This document shows, piece by piece, positions 1 through 13,739 of a stretch of DNA of 64,000 nt. The stretch is from positions 29,016,001 to 29,080,000 of the forward strand of contig NC_043010.1 of assembly GCF_006345805.1 (NCBI RefSeq). The letters are read 5' to 3'. Each line of letters starts with the position of its first letter. Position 1 is the first letter of the stretch. The DNA comes from Octopus sinensis (taxonomy: Eukaryota). A program made the position numbers and the translations under genes. The notes beneath the pieces were generated by a model, which made no database searches, was not told the origin of the DNA, and saw nothing but the letters and a program-made list of their open reading frames with translations.

Positions 1-10
1 TGTCTGTCTA

Positions 11-79
<69 letters not shown>

Positions 80-120
80 TTGTCTGTCTGTCTGTTTGTT
101 GGCACAGACACACACACACA

Positions 121-157
<37 letters not shown>

Positions 158-158
158 T
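1..158. repeat. (TGTC/TATC)n and (CA)n microsatellites
   Basis: Direct reading of tandem units. Confidence 0.95.
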
Positions 159-169
159 CATGTATGTTA

Positions 170-316
170 TCGCCGAGGTCGACTTTGCCTTTCATCCTTT
201 AGGGGTCGATAAATTAAGTACCAGTTGCGCACTGGGGTCGATATAATCGACTTAATCCGTTTGTCTGTCCTTGTTTGTCCCCTCTGTGTGTAGCCCCTTG
301 TGGGTAGTAAAGAAAT
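170..316 (+). mobile_element. 5'-truncated octopus-type tRNA-derived SINE
   Basis: Core gtcgactttgcctttcatcctt..gggtcgataaattaagtaccag and tail ccccttgtgggtagtaaagaaat, also seen at 8.6k, 18.7k, 20.5k and 27.2k. Confidence 0.8.
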
Positions 317-329
317 ATATTTAAGACGA

Positions 330-2910
330 CGTTATACACTCTTCTCACATTGGACATTTAAACCATGATCTACTTCGGTGCTATGAAAAGGCTCGTGATG
401 ACCACTCTGTCGATTATACAGAGTGGCTAAATAAATACTGGGTTGAGGCCACCACCCAAACATAATCGATCTTCTCAAATTACTGAGAACCAGCCAAAAT
501 CTGCCGTAAGAGAGAGACATCCCCAAACAATGTAAACATGGCTAAACTCCCGTATATCTCCGCATGCAGCTTATTCAATAGAGACGGTAGTCGAATATAT
601 TCAGTTAAAGAATGTTTTGAAATTATGCTTCATAAAAACTTTTCCAGTTTTTCTAAACTGTCGTGAAGAAAAAGCCTATCGCTTTCCTGTTGAAAGTTAT
701 TGATGATGTTGCTTGAGAGCTGTTGTTATTACTTTTAAAGAGAAATCGGTAATGCACGTTCTAATGAAATTAGTATACGGAAGCAACATAGATGGGAAAT
801 AAAAATATCAACAAACCACGTTGCCATACTGGATGGTTAACCACGATACTGAAATGTAAGGCAATAATTAGTTCCAGGATCATTCTGAATCCAACATAGC
901 GACTAATGAGCAGGCAGGTGGAAAGAAAAGAGTGAGGATGTATCAAGGAACTTTTGACAAACAAAATTGTGATGTCTAACATGAGAAAACGCTGCAGAAA
1001 CCTTGCTCCAGTATGGTTTGAAGCATTCAAGCCTATTCACCACTCACTGTTGCCGAGTCTCTGCAACTGGCAAAAGTACCTGCTACCTTAGCTGCTGCCA
1101 TTGAGAAGCTCACAAAACTTGGGCAATAATCCCCACACAACTGAAAGCGGAATGAGTGTCTCCTACGTATGTTATAAATATTTCAAAAAGAAAATTCCAA
1201 GGAGATAGTTTTTATGAAGTTCTGTTCATTTTAGCATTAAATTCGTTATCATTCCTGTCACAAAAATCTAGTGGCCTCATGCTAGAGTCTGGAGCTGCTA
1301 GAAATATCAATGCAACCCATAATTTCTTTGTGAATAACCTAAAAATCTATGCCAAAAATGTTTTGCAATGCCCCAACCCCAATAAAAAAACTCAGGACTT
1401 AACATTTTCAGCTGATATAGGAATGGAATTTCATCAAAAGAAGTGCTAGTATTTCTTTCATGAATATAGAAAATCAGTCTTCCAGACTCCAAACCTATGC
1501 ATCTCTCCTGTTCTCTGTCTCTCTATCTCTCCTGTTCGATAAAATGAATGTTACAAATATCGAAGCATAACTGAAAATATGCCATACTAAGGTGCTGTGA
1601 TAAAGTTAGTGTGACTCGAGAATATTACACCAGATTAAGAAAAACAATGCCATTGGAGCTTATCTTCTGACAAGACAATATTCCACAATGCATTGGCAGT
1701 GTCAGTGCTGATACAAAACTTAGGATATTCAACTGATCTGTCCAGGAAATCCACTCCATAAACATTAAAACTTTTAAGATCCTGACATTAACAGGGAACT
1801 TCCATAGAAACAATGATATTGATAGGCACTACGGAAGAAGAGACGAAGGAAGTAGAGGCGGAGATCAGTGCAGACAGACTTCGAATGGCGCATATTATCT
1901 CTCAGACAACAGATGCTAAACAACAACTGCAAAAATAAATATATAAACCTGGTGTTGAAAAGCGAAGAGAATAATATTCTACGGGCCAGCAGGGAGTTCC
2001 TTAGAAAATTCATTCTTCCTAAAGATACCACATACAACATAAAAAACAACTGGTCTAAAACACTTCAATGAAGACCTGAATGGAAAACGCTCAGCATACC
2101 CCACTAAAAAAAAAAGGAGAAGACTTAAAGACAAGAGTGATATCAACATCTCGAAGACTTGAAGATAACAGTAATATCGACACGAAGTACAACTTTTCTC
2201 GGAATCGGGACCGATACACTACATCACACTTTGAATGCTATGTGTTTGCAATCCAAGAGCATGAGGCTGCTACAAAATATCGAATAAGCAAAAGAAACAG
2301 TGAAGCCCTTGAGTCCCAAGATGCAACCGAAAATATAAATTATTCCACATTACTGTGGAACACATCGCACATGTGGTCATTGTTTGCCCCCAAATGCCAT
2401 CAAAGTACTACCTTCTAATGCGACATGACGCTGTCGTTAAAATATACAAAACCATCCGAAAGAAATAAAAGATAATGAGGGGTGATAACTATAGAGAATT
2501 TTCGTGTTAATGAAAACATACATGAAGATCAGCACGAGGGATATTGGTGGAATATTCCAATCAGAATTTCCATCACATGCAAGCATTATAAGCCGGATAC
2601 AATTGTTTGGGCAGACAATAAAATGTATGTACCGTGATAAAAGTCAGCCGTTTTGATGTGAATATCTCTTCTAAAGTAAAAGAAAAAGAAGGATAACTAC
2701 GGACAACTACTTCGAAACCTCTGTAGCCAGATTATAAATTCACATTTAGACTAATAATAATTGGTGCACTTGGTTTTGTTAATAAATGTCTAAATAATAA
2801 TTTGGAAAGCTAGGGTTTTCAGAGAAAGAAATCAACTGGCTAACACGCACGTCTGTAAGAGGAACAGTAAAAATACGCAGAACTTTTATTAAGTTCAAAA
2901 TGTGACATAG
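330..2910 (+). mobile_element. Degenerate R4/Dong-like non-LTR retrotransposon (RT + RLE endonuclease)
   Basis: Broken frames give GCIKELLTNKIVM, FQGDSFYEVLFILALNSLSFL (RT QGDSLSPL motif), HNFFVNNLKIY (decayed YMDD), FAIQEHEAATKY, YKPDTIV and IIIGALGF. Confidence 0.8.
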
Positions 2911-2989
2911 TTTCTGTTATCCAAATTTCAAAGACGGAATCTATCTTTGTTAAAATCGTTCCCTACAGGAAGACTTCAAATAATTAAAA

Positions 2990-3072
2990 ATACACACACA
3001 CACACACACACACACAAATGCACACATGCTCATATATACATACATACATACATACATACATACATACATACA

Positions 3073-3104
<32 letters not shown>
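2990..3104. repeat. (CA)n/(TACA)n microsatellite
   Basis: Direct reading; abuts the RTE 3' end. Confidence 0.95.
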
Positions 3105-3105
<1 letters not shown>

Positions 3106-5410
3106 CATAGCTGCACTCTCGTTACACGAGAAAAGCCATTGCCAAAAAGACTTACTGAAATGATTCATTATTGATGCCATGTGATGCCCTTATATGACTT
3201 TTAAGCCCAGCCAAACTTTTACACATTTTATTACATACTGGACAACTGTTCAGCCTGGCAGGAGAAACAGGTGCCACCACATGCACTCTCTTAATGTGTC
3301 TTTTTAGACCTCCAGCTGAGAAGCACACCCTTCCACATTTTACACATGTTCTGTTGTGAATTTTAATAGCCACATCACTGTTTATCATGGGTCGATTCCT
3401 GTGAGGTTTGCACGACTCAAACACTTCCTCCCAGAAACCATACACACAAAAAGCAACACTCATTTTCCACTGGTTCCTTCCTTCTAAGCCCCTCCTAATT
3501 CTCACAAACTTCAATCTCCCCCCTCAAACCTTGAACAACCATTATGCACTAGCTTCCTCTATCCATCGCGGTCTTGTGTCTCTCTCCCACCCACCAGCTG
3601 CAATTCCTGTCTGTATTAGAGCATTTTAAGGCAATCCTTAAACCTTAGTTTAAGCTTATGCACTGGTCTCCTGCCATCTTCCAGCTCACCATACAATAGC
3701 TGCTTGGGCAGTCGCTCATCACTCATCCTTACCAAATTTCTCTCCCCCATCTCAAACGTCTTTGCAAAATCATTATACTTCTACTGCCATTCCTCTCAAG
3801 CACCTGCACATTACTAATAGCCATTTCCAGTTTATCCCCCAAATTTTTCTCAGACAATATTGATGGTATCGTTTCAATTGCCTTACATGCCTATGGTAAA
3901 CAACCCATTCCTCGTTCCCATATAGCAAAGATGGCAGGACGCGCGTATTATATACCTTAACTTTAATTTGTGAAGATATATTATGTTGTCTCCACAGACA
4001 CCTATCAAGTCTAACAAAAGCTCTACTAGCCATACTGATTCTGTATGAAATTTCACCATCAAGACCAGCAGTGCTCAAGATACTTTCTAAATAAATACAT
4101 CTAGGCACAGTCTCCAACCTCTTTGACCGTTAACATTATAAAAGGTTCCTCATACATCTTGGAGGGAGCGGGCTGGTACATCATAACAATTTTGCCTTTA
4201 GATTAATCGTTAGATCCAATACTGCCCATGCTGCAGAAATCGCATTCAGCATGTGCTGCATATCTTTCTAGAAATGTGCCAGCAGGTCACAATGAATACC
4301 TGGACAAGATCCATATTCTGCTCATAGCACATCTCCTGCATCTGACCTGCTGTGAAAAATCATATCCACTGTTCCTCTACCAGACTGGAAACCACATTGA
4401 AATTCAGATAGGACATCATTTACGAAACACCCATTCAGGCGGGTAAGAAGAAAATTTGCCAGAACCTTGCCAGCAGCTGATAGTAAGAGAAATACCTCCG
4501 TAGTTACCACATTATTCTGGCTCCTTTTCTTTTATAGAGAGGAATAATAATTGCATCCCTCCAGTCTTGATGCATTGCACTATCCCTCCAGAATACACTA
4601 ATAAGTTCATGGAGGAACTGTATGATGTAATCCCCACCAAATTGCAAGACCTGAGCACAAATTCCATCCCTTCCAGGTGCCCTACCAAGATTCAATTTCC
4701 TTATAGCTGTCATTACCTCATCTATTGATGGCGCGGAATTTAAGGAGCCAATGATAGGTCCTTGTTACATAGCACCAATTACTGTTTCATCCACAACTGA
4801 CTCACGGTTCAGGAGTTCAGAGAAGTGTTCAATCCAGCGACTTGTGATTTCTGTTGATTTAGTAAAAAGAGTAGAAGACTCTTTGGAAAGTAAAGGAGCT
4901 GATGCAGAGCTCTTAGGCCCATAAACATGCTTCATGAGATGGTAAAGCTTCTTACTGCCATTTGCATCAGCAGCAGCCTGAACATCACGAGCAAGATCCT
5001 CCCACCAAGTGTTCTGCATCTTCTTGAGAGATCGCTGCAGTAGTGATTTTACACTGCTTTAGTGGGCAGGTGCTAGATTTCGCTCTTGTAGGCAAAGCGC
5101 TTTCCAACCAATAGTTGCTGAAGTTCAGTACCATTTTCATCAAACCAATCTCTGTGTCTGGCAGTAGCATATCCCAGTGTTTCAGCAGCACATTGAAGAA
5201 CCTGATCTCGAAAATTTTCCCAGTATTTCCAATGCTGGACAAGCGAGTCTGAAGCTCTTTCTTTAACACAGCATCATATATCTTGTGGACATTCAGACGC
5301 CGAGGAATGCCAACTGGCTCTCTTCTCTCTTTCACTCTAATCCTCATCTGGAACTTTGCTCGCACCAGACTGTGGTCCGTCCAGCATTCCGATCTATGTC
5401 AGGTCACTTA
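3105..5410 (-). mobile_element. RTE-clade LINE, 3' portion (APE C-terminus, RT, two C2H2 fingers), degenerate
   Basis: SECWTDHSLVRAK; AIRKLNLGRAPGRDGI; QCGFQSGRGTVDMIF; VLPSLLYGNEEW; CVKCGRVCFSAGGLKRH and CPVCNKMCKSLAGLKSH; 3' hairpin ctcgt-gta-acgag followed by cagctatgat and a TATG tail. Confidence 0.9.
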
Positions 5411-6442
5411 TGAGGCTCTAATAAGTGCTACTGGAATCCAGTACAACCTGTTGCATGGTCGGGTTGTCAGCGACTAAATTGGCGCCCAGGCTACCCTGGT
5501 GAGGAGGGTTACAGGATTAAAAACAAGATCTGTTGAAAAGTCGGATGAACCTAGTGCAGGCTCAACGGCTCTCTAGCAAAAGCACGAGTACACAGAAATA
5601 CCGGGATGGTGTCCGGCGTGCTAGAAGACCACTAGGAGTTAGCTTCTGTTGAAGCATGTCTCTAGGAGAAGGTCATTCTGATATAAGACTAGATATGTAG
5701 GAAATGGCATTGGAGATTTTGGGGATCTTTAGTTTGTACTGGATATCATGGGGCTCTCACATCCTCAGCCTGCGACTCATAGGCAACAGAATCTCGCTCT
5801 CGCTTGTCTCTGTATAATGTCAATAGAGTGGAGAGGGTCTATGAAGTGTTGTGCAAGCCTTATTGGACCTAAAAATTTGCATAGGCATTGCTGACCTTTG
5901 CTCGATATGTGCTGCTTTTTTCTCCTTCCCTATATATATATTTATTTTATTTTCAGTATATATGTATCTTTATCTTTAGTATATATTTATTCTATTTTTA
6001 TTCGGAAGTCCTGCGGCGATGGGAAGGTGGTGAAGTATGCAGACCTGACGAGTTGGAAGCATGCAGTTAGCGACCGGCACGTTGGCGGCCCACGCTAGAT
6101 ATAATGTCGTCTCCTTGTCAACCAAGAGAGCGATAGGGTGTCTGAGCAGCTCCATTTGGAGAGAGCACTGCTCACCCGGAGGCCGGTGAAAAGGAGAACC
6201 AAAAATTGCCTGTCTTTCTATATCTGGTTAGTTTAGCGCGACTGACAGATGTCCACACTGCGCTTGAATGGCAAAGAGACTTTTTTTTTTTTACAAAATG
6301 TGGATGGAACTCGAAAATTTCATGCTGGAATACTGGCACTCTGTTGGATAACAAGAGTGACTGTAGGCCTCAAAGAGGTACTGCACTTGTTGCTTGCGTG
6401 CTGAACCGCTACAAGATTGATATAGCTGCACTTTCAGAGACT
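5411..6442 (+). mobile_element. RTE-clade LINE, 5' UTR and APE N-terminus, inverted relative to 3105-5410
   Basis: CWNTGTLLDNKSDCRPQRGTALVACVLNRYKIDIAALSET is the RTE APE start and is cut off at SET by a microsatellite. The left boundary is approximate. Confidence 0.8.
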
Positions 6443-6930
6443 TGTACATACATACATGCATGCATGCATACATGCATACATACATGCATAAATACATACA
6501 TACACACACACACGCACACACGCACACACACACATACATACATACACACATACATACATACATACATACATACATACATACATAAATACATATATACATA
6601 TATACATACACACACACACGCACACACACATACATACATTCATACACACACACACGCACACGCACACACACATACATACATACACACATACATACATACA
6701 TACATACATAAATACATACATACACACACACACACACGCACACACATACATTCATACACACACACACGCACACACGCACACACACATACATACATACATA
6801 CATACATACATACACACGCACACACACGCACACACGCACACACACATACATACATACATGCATACCTACATACATACATTCATACATACATACATACATA
6901 CATACATACATACATACATACATACATACA
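6443..6930. repeat. Compound (TACA)n/(CA)n microsatellite
   Basis: Direct reading. Confidence 0.95.
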
Positions 6931-7338
6931 CGATGAATACCGCGTTTTGTCAGATGATAGCCGTCTCACATGAATGATAGCGATTTAAGCAACAAAAGTT
7001 TGTACAACACTTTTACCAATCTCTCGGTCGTCATTGTAGGTTCCAGTGATAAGCATTGCAAGATGACAGGTAACTATCTTGATTGCAAGTTTTAGGTCAG
7101 AGTTTTTTTTCTCATAGATGAGCCGTCTTCCTCACGACTAGTCAAAAAGAATGGGAGCCTCCCCTACCCTTGGAAAATCTACTTAATCCATAAATGGGAT
7201 CCTGACAAGTACTACCGTTCCGAGTCAGAACGGACCGGGGAGTAATGGTAATTAAGGGGTGATTCCGCACTCCTCACGTCTCCATGATCCCCGAAATGGT
7301 GCTTCAAGACCGGATGCATTTTAATGTTATAACCAGGG

Positions 7339-7397
<59 letters not shown>

Positions 7398-7639
7398 CTA
7401 TATACATACATACACACACATATACAGGGTCATCCCTCAAATTGACATCATTCCAGTGTCTAAGAACATAGTCAATTCTCTCTCAAATGATCTCAAATTT
7501 TAACAAAATGTGTAAAAACTAATTTTGGTTGGGGCATGCCAGTGATAATGACAATGCCATCGCTGGAACTGTAAAAATTTGTAAAACATTCCAGAAGTTT
7601 ATCATTCAAGTCTAGACATGCAACTATATGCATAAGAAT

Positions 7640-7725
7640 ATAATAGAAGACACTTTCCAAAGGTAAGGCGTAGTGGGACCGAACTCAAAATTACGTGGTT
7701 GCGAAGAGAAATTCTTAACCATACA
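7640..7725 (-). mobile_element. SINE head fragment
   Basis: Degenerate reverse complement of the 22890 SINE head (agaagacact..agtgggaccgaac..aaccatacagc). Confidence 0.55.
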
Positions 7726-7727
7726 GC

Positions 7728-7764
<37 letters not shown>

Positions 7765-8013
7765 CACACACACACACACATACATACATACATACATACA
7801 TACATATGTATATATGTATGTATGTATGTACGTATGAATGCAGACACCCACCACACACGAGCAGCTTACAATTGATCTAGTGATGTCAATTTTTTTTATC
7901 AATACTCACTATCGAACAAGTATCCGATTGAAATGTTCATACGAAACATTAGTACCTCTAAAATAATGGCGTGACGATTCATCATCATGACTGCAAACAT
8001 ATTTCCTTACTTT

Positions 8014-8044
<31 letters not shown>

Positions 8045-8145
8045 CTTTTGTTATGCACGGGCACGCACACACGAACCGATAAATATCTCTATCTCGCACA
8101 CGAACCTATAAAAATCTCTCTTTCTCTCTTTCACACACATGCAAA

Positions 8146-8182
<37 letters not shown>

Positions 8183-8609
8183 AGAGAGAGGGAGAGAGAA
8201 GGATATACACATATTGACAAAAAGAGCACTTAACACAGACACACTTATCTAGACTTACAAACAAATGCAACACAACCCGAAGAGAAGAAGAAGAAGACAT
8301 ATTTATTGATCTATAAATGCTAGCTCGATTTACAGTGTGCGTGTATGTCTGTATGTAGGTAAATACGTATATGCATGTATGATTCCTTTTCTTTGAAATG
8401 TATTTGGGGGTCTTGATGGAGTTCGAAATGACAGCTAACAAAGTGACAAGACTTTTTGAGTTATGACAGTTCTCGGGGTGTATAGAGTGTGCATATATGT
8501 AGGTGTGCACATCGACACTTACGTTCTGTGTAGGTGGTTGTATGCTCTGGAAGAAGACACTTTCAAAAGGTACCGTGCAACATGTTAATAAAAGCAATTT
8601 CTTAGTCAC

Positions 8610-8785
8610 GCAAGGGCGGTGAGCTGGCAGTGTCGTTAGCACGCCGGATAAAATGCTTAGCAGCATTTCGTCTGTCTTTATGTTCTGAGTTCAAATTCTG
8701 CCGGGTTCGGCTTTGCCTTTCATCCTCTCCGGATCGATAAATTAAGTACCAGTGGAACACCGGGGTCGATTAAATGGACTAGTCA
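8610..8785 (+). mobile_element. Octopus-type tRNA-derived SINE
   Basis: ggcggtgagctggcag..gttagcac head, B-box gagttcaaattc and the shared core. Confidence 0.85.
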
Positions 8786-8799
8786 GTAGACTAAGGTGA

Positions 8800-11495
8800 C
8801 ACTTAGTTACTGATCATGCTTCAAGAACCTTGCAGTTCCAAGCCATGATGATTTTTTATAGGTGTTCCATCTTTACAGTTGCACCCATCTTTTTGAGCCA
8901 CGTTGGTAGTTAAATACTGATACTTCCCAGCGCCCCAATTACTACTGATATCACGCCCACTTCCTTCATTGCCCACCGTCATGATTGTTCAGTTTTTCCT
9001 TCTTTCACTTTGATCCTATTGTCACCGGGAGACATGATCAATGGTTTCATTTTGTTGTTGACATATACGACATGTTGGGTAGCTGTTGTTCTTTAATATG
9101 TTGACATGGTAGTTTCTTGTAGGTAGGCGTTGATCTTGGGCTGCTATGATAAACCCTTCTGTTTCTGATTTTAAGCCAGAAGACAGTAGCCATTGATGGG
9201 TAAGGGCTTTGGTAACATCGGCACTGTTAGCTTTCTTTGGGTATTTGCCATTGAGAGGTTTTTCTTGCCATTTATCATTAAGAATATCTAAGGCAGCAGT
9301 TTTATCACGCTTAGCTTTTTCTGTGCTTGTTTCTAGTACGTCTAATTATGGAATTTGTTCCTTTGCCTGTTTTGTTACTGAGTATGATCCTTTCTTGTTT
9401 TCATGCTTTGAGACAAATTTTAACATTCAGTCATCAGAATTTTTCAGGTAGGTATCTTGGCCGATTGTGGTAATCTTCATTGTTAATTTCAGTTGTAAAA
9501 GTCCATGGCCTCCCTCTTTTCTTGGCAGATATATCTGCCTTAGGGTGGTGCATTCTATGCATTGTCAACAATTTTCGCATTTTTCTGTTAAGATTACATA
9601 TTTCAGTAATTGACTAGTTAATGATATTGAAACTATAAGTCACGACTGGTCTGGCTAAAGTATTGATCGCTTCGATCCTGTTTCTTGCATTCAGCTCTGT
9701 CTTGAGTATTGCCCTTACCCTGCGATAACATTCTCTTCTGATTCTTTCCCTCATCACTGAATATTTGATTCCGTCCCCTTCAAATACTCCTAGTTATTTG
9801 TAGCTCTCCGCTGGTTCTAATTCCTTTATGACATTCTGCTGGTCAAGATTAACATTGGATGTTTCTGCCATTTTTCCTTTGATAAAGGTAGATTTTGCAC
9901 ATTTTTCGAGGCCAAATTGCATCTTGATGTTATCACTGAATTGTTTAACAATCGCTAGTAAGCCCTGTAGTTGTTGGTCATTTATGCAAAGAGCTTTAAA
10001 TCTCCATGTAAATGAGATGATTTATATTTTTACCAAACATTTTATAACCGTATTGTACATCAGTGAGCAATTTCGAGGGAGGTATTAAGGGTAAACAAAA
10101 GAGGAGTAGTAATAGAGAGTCACCCTGGAAAATGCCACATGAAATTCTTATATTTCCAGCATTAAGAGATTCATTGTCACTGTTCAAAGTCAATGTGGTT
10201 CTTCATGATCTCATACTTATAGGCTATTTTATACATTTCCAGACATTTCTTAATCCAGCTATGTTGTAGACTATCAAAAGCATTTTTATAGTCTATCCAG
10301 GCTATCGACAAGTTTTTGTATCGTTTGTAACAATCTTCCAAGATCATCTTATTGATGAGTAGCTGATCTTTACAACCATAGGATCCACTTTTACATCCTT
10401 TTTGCTCATTAGGGAAAATGTCACTTTCTATTAAAAGACTATAGGTATATTCATTTAAGACAGATGTTAGCGTTTTATACATAGTTGTTAAGCAGGTTAT
10501 GGGTTTATAATTTTCTTCTTCATTTGTTTCTTCATTTTTTTTTGGAAGTAGGAATGTTACACCATTAACTAGCCAAGAGGACATCCTACTAGGGTCTTGC
10601 AAAATATCTTTGTAAAGTTCTGTTAGCAGTTCATGGCTCTCTGGGAAGGCATTCAACCAGAAGTTAGGAATTTTATCCCTTCCTAGAGACTTCCATTTGC
10701 TTGACTTCCTGAGAGCAGATCTTACATCCTCTACCTTGATACCCTCCCACTTTTGCTCTTCTAAGGAGTCTGTAGATATTCTATCAATCCAAGAGCCCCT
10801 TTCATTGTGTGTTTTTTCTTCTGCCCAAATTTTATTTCAGAATTCCTGCATTTCTTCTTTTGATGGGACTGACTTTACTGTAACTGGTATTTTCCCTATC
10901 TTCCTGTAATAATTTTTGGGGTCATTTTTGAACATGTTGACCTTGAAGAATCTAACGCGCTTTTCATACCTTGTTATGCGGGCAGCTTTAGCAGACCTTT
11001 TGCTTGATGGTTTCTATGGTGGTATCGATGTCAAATATGGTTTTCATATGTTTTTTCTTTAATTTTCAGATTTCTGTTGGTTTGATAGTCTTGTCAAACT
11101 TAAGATCTTTTAAACTTAAGGTCTATGTCAGACCTAAGTAGCTGAATTTGGTGTTGAATACACTCTTGCCAAACAGGCTTTTTGTGGGAATCTTGTCGTT
11201 TCTAATCTTTCCTCCTCATAGAATCGTTGAGATCTTCGCGAACGCATAGTACAGGTGGTTGAGATCTGTAATATCAACATCATTAGCTGAAATTCTATCC
11301 TTAAGTGCAAGGCGGATTTTACCAATTACTTTTAGGTTTTGGTTAGAGTTGTGAATTTTTGGGAAGTGTGCCACGCTCATTCATACTAGTGTCTTTAATT
11401 TTTAGCCATTCAGTCATGATTTGATTTTTTAGATCATCTAATTCAGTTGGGTCAATTTCTGTATGACTTTCTTTATCTATTTGATTTTAATCTGC
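8800..11495 (-). mobile_element. R4/Dong-like LINE(s), degenerate RT-RLE
   Basis: PITCLTTMYKTLT, EQKGCKSGSYGCKDQLLINKMI, AWIDYKNAFDS, GIFQGDSL, QWLLSSGLKSETEGFIIAAQD; the 8800-9060 part is a VIGALG RLE end, possibly from a second element. Confidence 0.9.
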
Positions 11496-11496
11496 C

Positions 11497-11592
11497 TTTT
11501 TATCAAACATTTTATAACCGTATTGTACATCATTGAGCAATTTCGTGGGAGGTATTAAGGGTAGATAAAAGAGGAATGGTGATAGAGAGTTG
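11497..11592 (-). mobile_element. Short second copy of the R4/Dong RT segment found at 10025-10120
   Basis: caaacattttataaccgtattgtacatca..gagcaatttcg..ggaggtattaagggta is duplicated. Confidence 0.8.
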
Positions 11593-11610
11593 GTTCAGAG
11601 AGTATTTCAC

Positions 11611-11611
11611 T

Positions 11612-11657
<46 letters not shown>

Positions 11658-11665
11658 CCATCACC

Positions 11666-11711
<46 letters not shown>

Positions 11712-11719
11712 CCATCACC

Positions 11720-11750
<31 letters not shown>

Positions 11751-11755
11751 CCACC

Positions 11756-11810
<55 letters not shown>

Positions 11811-11817
11811 CCATCAC

Positions 11818-11904
<87 letters not shown>

Positions 11905-11957
11905 CATCATCATCACCATCATCATTATTATTATTATTATTATTATTATTAATATTA
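11611..11957. repeat. (CAT/CAC)n plus (TAT)n trinucleotide array
   Basis: Direct reading; source of the poly-H/I/M/D pseudo-ORFs. Confidence 0.97.
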
Positions 11958-12480
11958 TTGAGTGAGAGAGCAGTGCATGCCATCAAAGTGACACTGGGGT
12001 AAAATATATATATACCCATCATGACTACCCATCTGATAAGGGTACACCAGGCACATGCATCACAACCATATGTGCGCGACATGGTGATCTCATATCAAGA
12101 TAAACAGCACATGACCTTGCAGGTGGGCCCCAGTAAGAATTTTCTTCTGGTCGAGTAACCCATCCCGCTCAAAAGGTCCCTGAATAAGGGTTGTTTAAGG
12201 ATATTGAACGAAACACCCATGTTTCCAGAGGTGAATTATTCAAACCCCAAAGATGCTCTCCCACTACTTCTGTTCGTGATCAGAGATGCACATATCGTCA
12301 GCCACTAAGGGACATGCTCAGCTGGTTAAGGTCAAACAACTGACAAGCAAATCTGTGGTATTGAGCAGATTATTTACTGTAGCCCATCTTTTATACCAAG
12401 ACAAAATGTACATGATAACACTTCCAATCAGTTAAGATCAGAAGCCATGAGAGCCACTGCTTGGTACTGCATCAGGGCAT
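11958..12480 (-). mobile_element. ~525-bp non-coding interspersed element flanked by (AAT)n/(GAT)n
   Basis: Collinear reverse-complement copy at 28071-28602; internally deleted copy at 29352-29405. Confidence 0.85.
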
Positions 12481-12499
12481 TTATTATTATTCAGTAGTT

Positions 12500-13402
12500 T
12501 TATTTTTATAGCATGCTTTCACTTCACTACCGAGCGCAGCTCTGTGTGCCTTGGGTATGTGCTGTGATTTGTTGTGATGCTCTGATGGTTACTGTATTGA
12601 AAGTGTTTTGCGTAGGATGTGTGCAGTGCCCAGTAGTGCAATTTTCTGTATGTTATATGTGTTTGTAAGTCCTGGTGTTTTTGTTATGTATTTGTCTGAA
12701 TGTTTTTTTATCATGCCTAATGCACCTACTATGATAGGAATTGTTTCTGTTTTTAGATTCCACATTCTAGTTACCTCTATTTCCAGGTCTTTGTATTTTG
12801 AAAGTTTCTCCATTTCTTTTAGAGACACGTTGTCATCTGCTGGTATTGATACATAAATTAGAAAGCATTTTTTCTTCATGATCTCTGACAACTATATCTG
12901 GCCTGTTGGCCTTAATTTCTCTATCTGTGTGTATTGGCATATCCCAGAGTATGGTTGCTTTCTCGTTTTCTGTGACCTTTTCTGGTGTGTGCCTATACCA
13001 TCTTTTTTCTGTTGTTATTCCATAATGTTGGCATAGCTTCCAGTGTATGTAGGTCCCAACTCTGTCGTGTCTGTGAATATTTTCCTTCTTAGCCAGGACT
13101 GGGCAGCCAGAGGTAATATGATTTATTGTTTCTTGTCCATCTCCACATATTCTGCAGTTACTTGTTATATTTCTTTTCATTATACGTTTTTGGTAATTTC
13201 TGATGGGGAGGCTTTGGTCTTGTGCTGCAATTGAAAATCCCTCTGTCTCTGCTTTGAGTCCTGAGCTTCTCAACCATTGCTGGGATTTTTCTTTGTCTAT
13301 TTCTTTTGCATTTAGTTTAGTCCAGTAATTGCCATGAAGGGGATTTTCTTGCCATCGTTTTATCATGGTCCGTTGTTGTTCTAGTTTTAGTTTGGATTTC
13401 AT
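12500..13402 (-). mobile_element. R4/Dong-like LINE 3' end (CCHC knuckle + PD-(D/E)xK RLE)
   Basis: CRICGDGQETINHITSGC, RHDRV, NRPDIVV, EKLSKYKDL, IPIIVGALG; one frameshift. Confidence 0.95.
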
Positions 13403-13414
13403 TTGTTTTATAGC

Positions 13415-13427
13415 TTGTTGTTGCTGC

Positions 13428-13473
<46 letters not shown>

Positions 13474-13486
13474 ATTATTATTATTA

Positions 13487-13528
<42 letters not shown>

Positions 13529-13562
13529 CATTATTATTATTATTATTACTATTATTATCACT
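13415..13562. repeat. (GTT)n-(ATT)n array
   Basis: Direct reading. Confidence 0.95.
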
Positions 13563-13739
13563 GTTGTTTACTTTTAATCTGCATGTTTGATGCAATCACT
13601 TGCCGGGACACACCCAACGTTCTAGGGCAAGTGAAGGTTAAAAGATGTAAAATAATTGAAAGATAGGCGAGTGGAAGTAGCGAGGGCAGTAGAAAAAATA
13701 CCTCCATATAATAAAATACAAACATTTTAATCAATAGGG

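Noticed and set aside
3152-3514. C2H2 zinc-finger host gene
   Set aside because: The fingers are collinear with the RTE ORF C-terminus and are followed by the RTE 3' hairpin.
6206-6973. 255-aa ORF
   Set aside because: RTE APE fragment read through into a (TACA/CA)n repeat; not a gene.
11530-12082. Poly-His/Ile/Met/Asp ORFs
   Set aside because: Translations of a (CAT)n array; open in several frames with no coding context.
11958-12480. HDV-like ribozyme at the 5' end of the 525-bp element
   Set aside because: I could not build the P1-P4 nested pseudoknot by eye.
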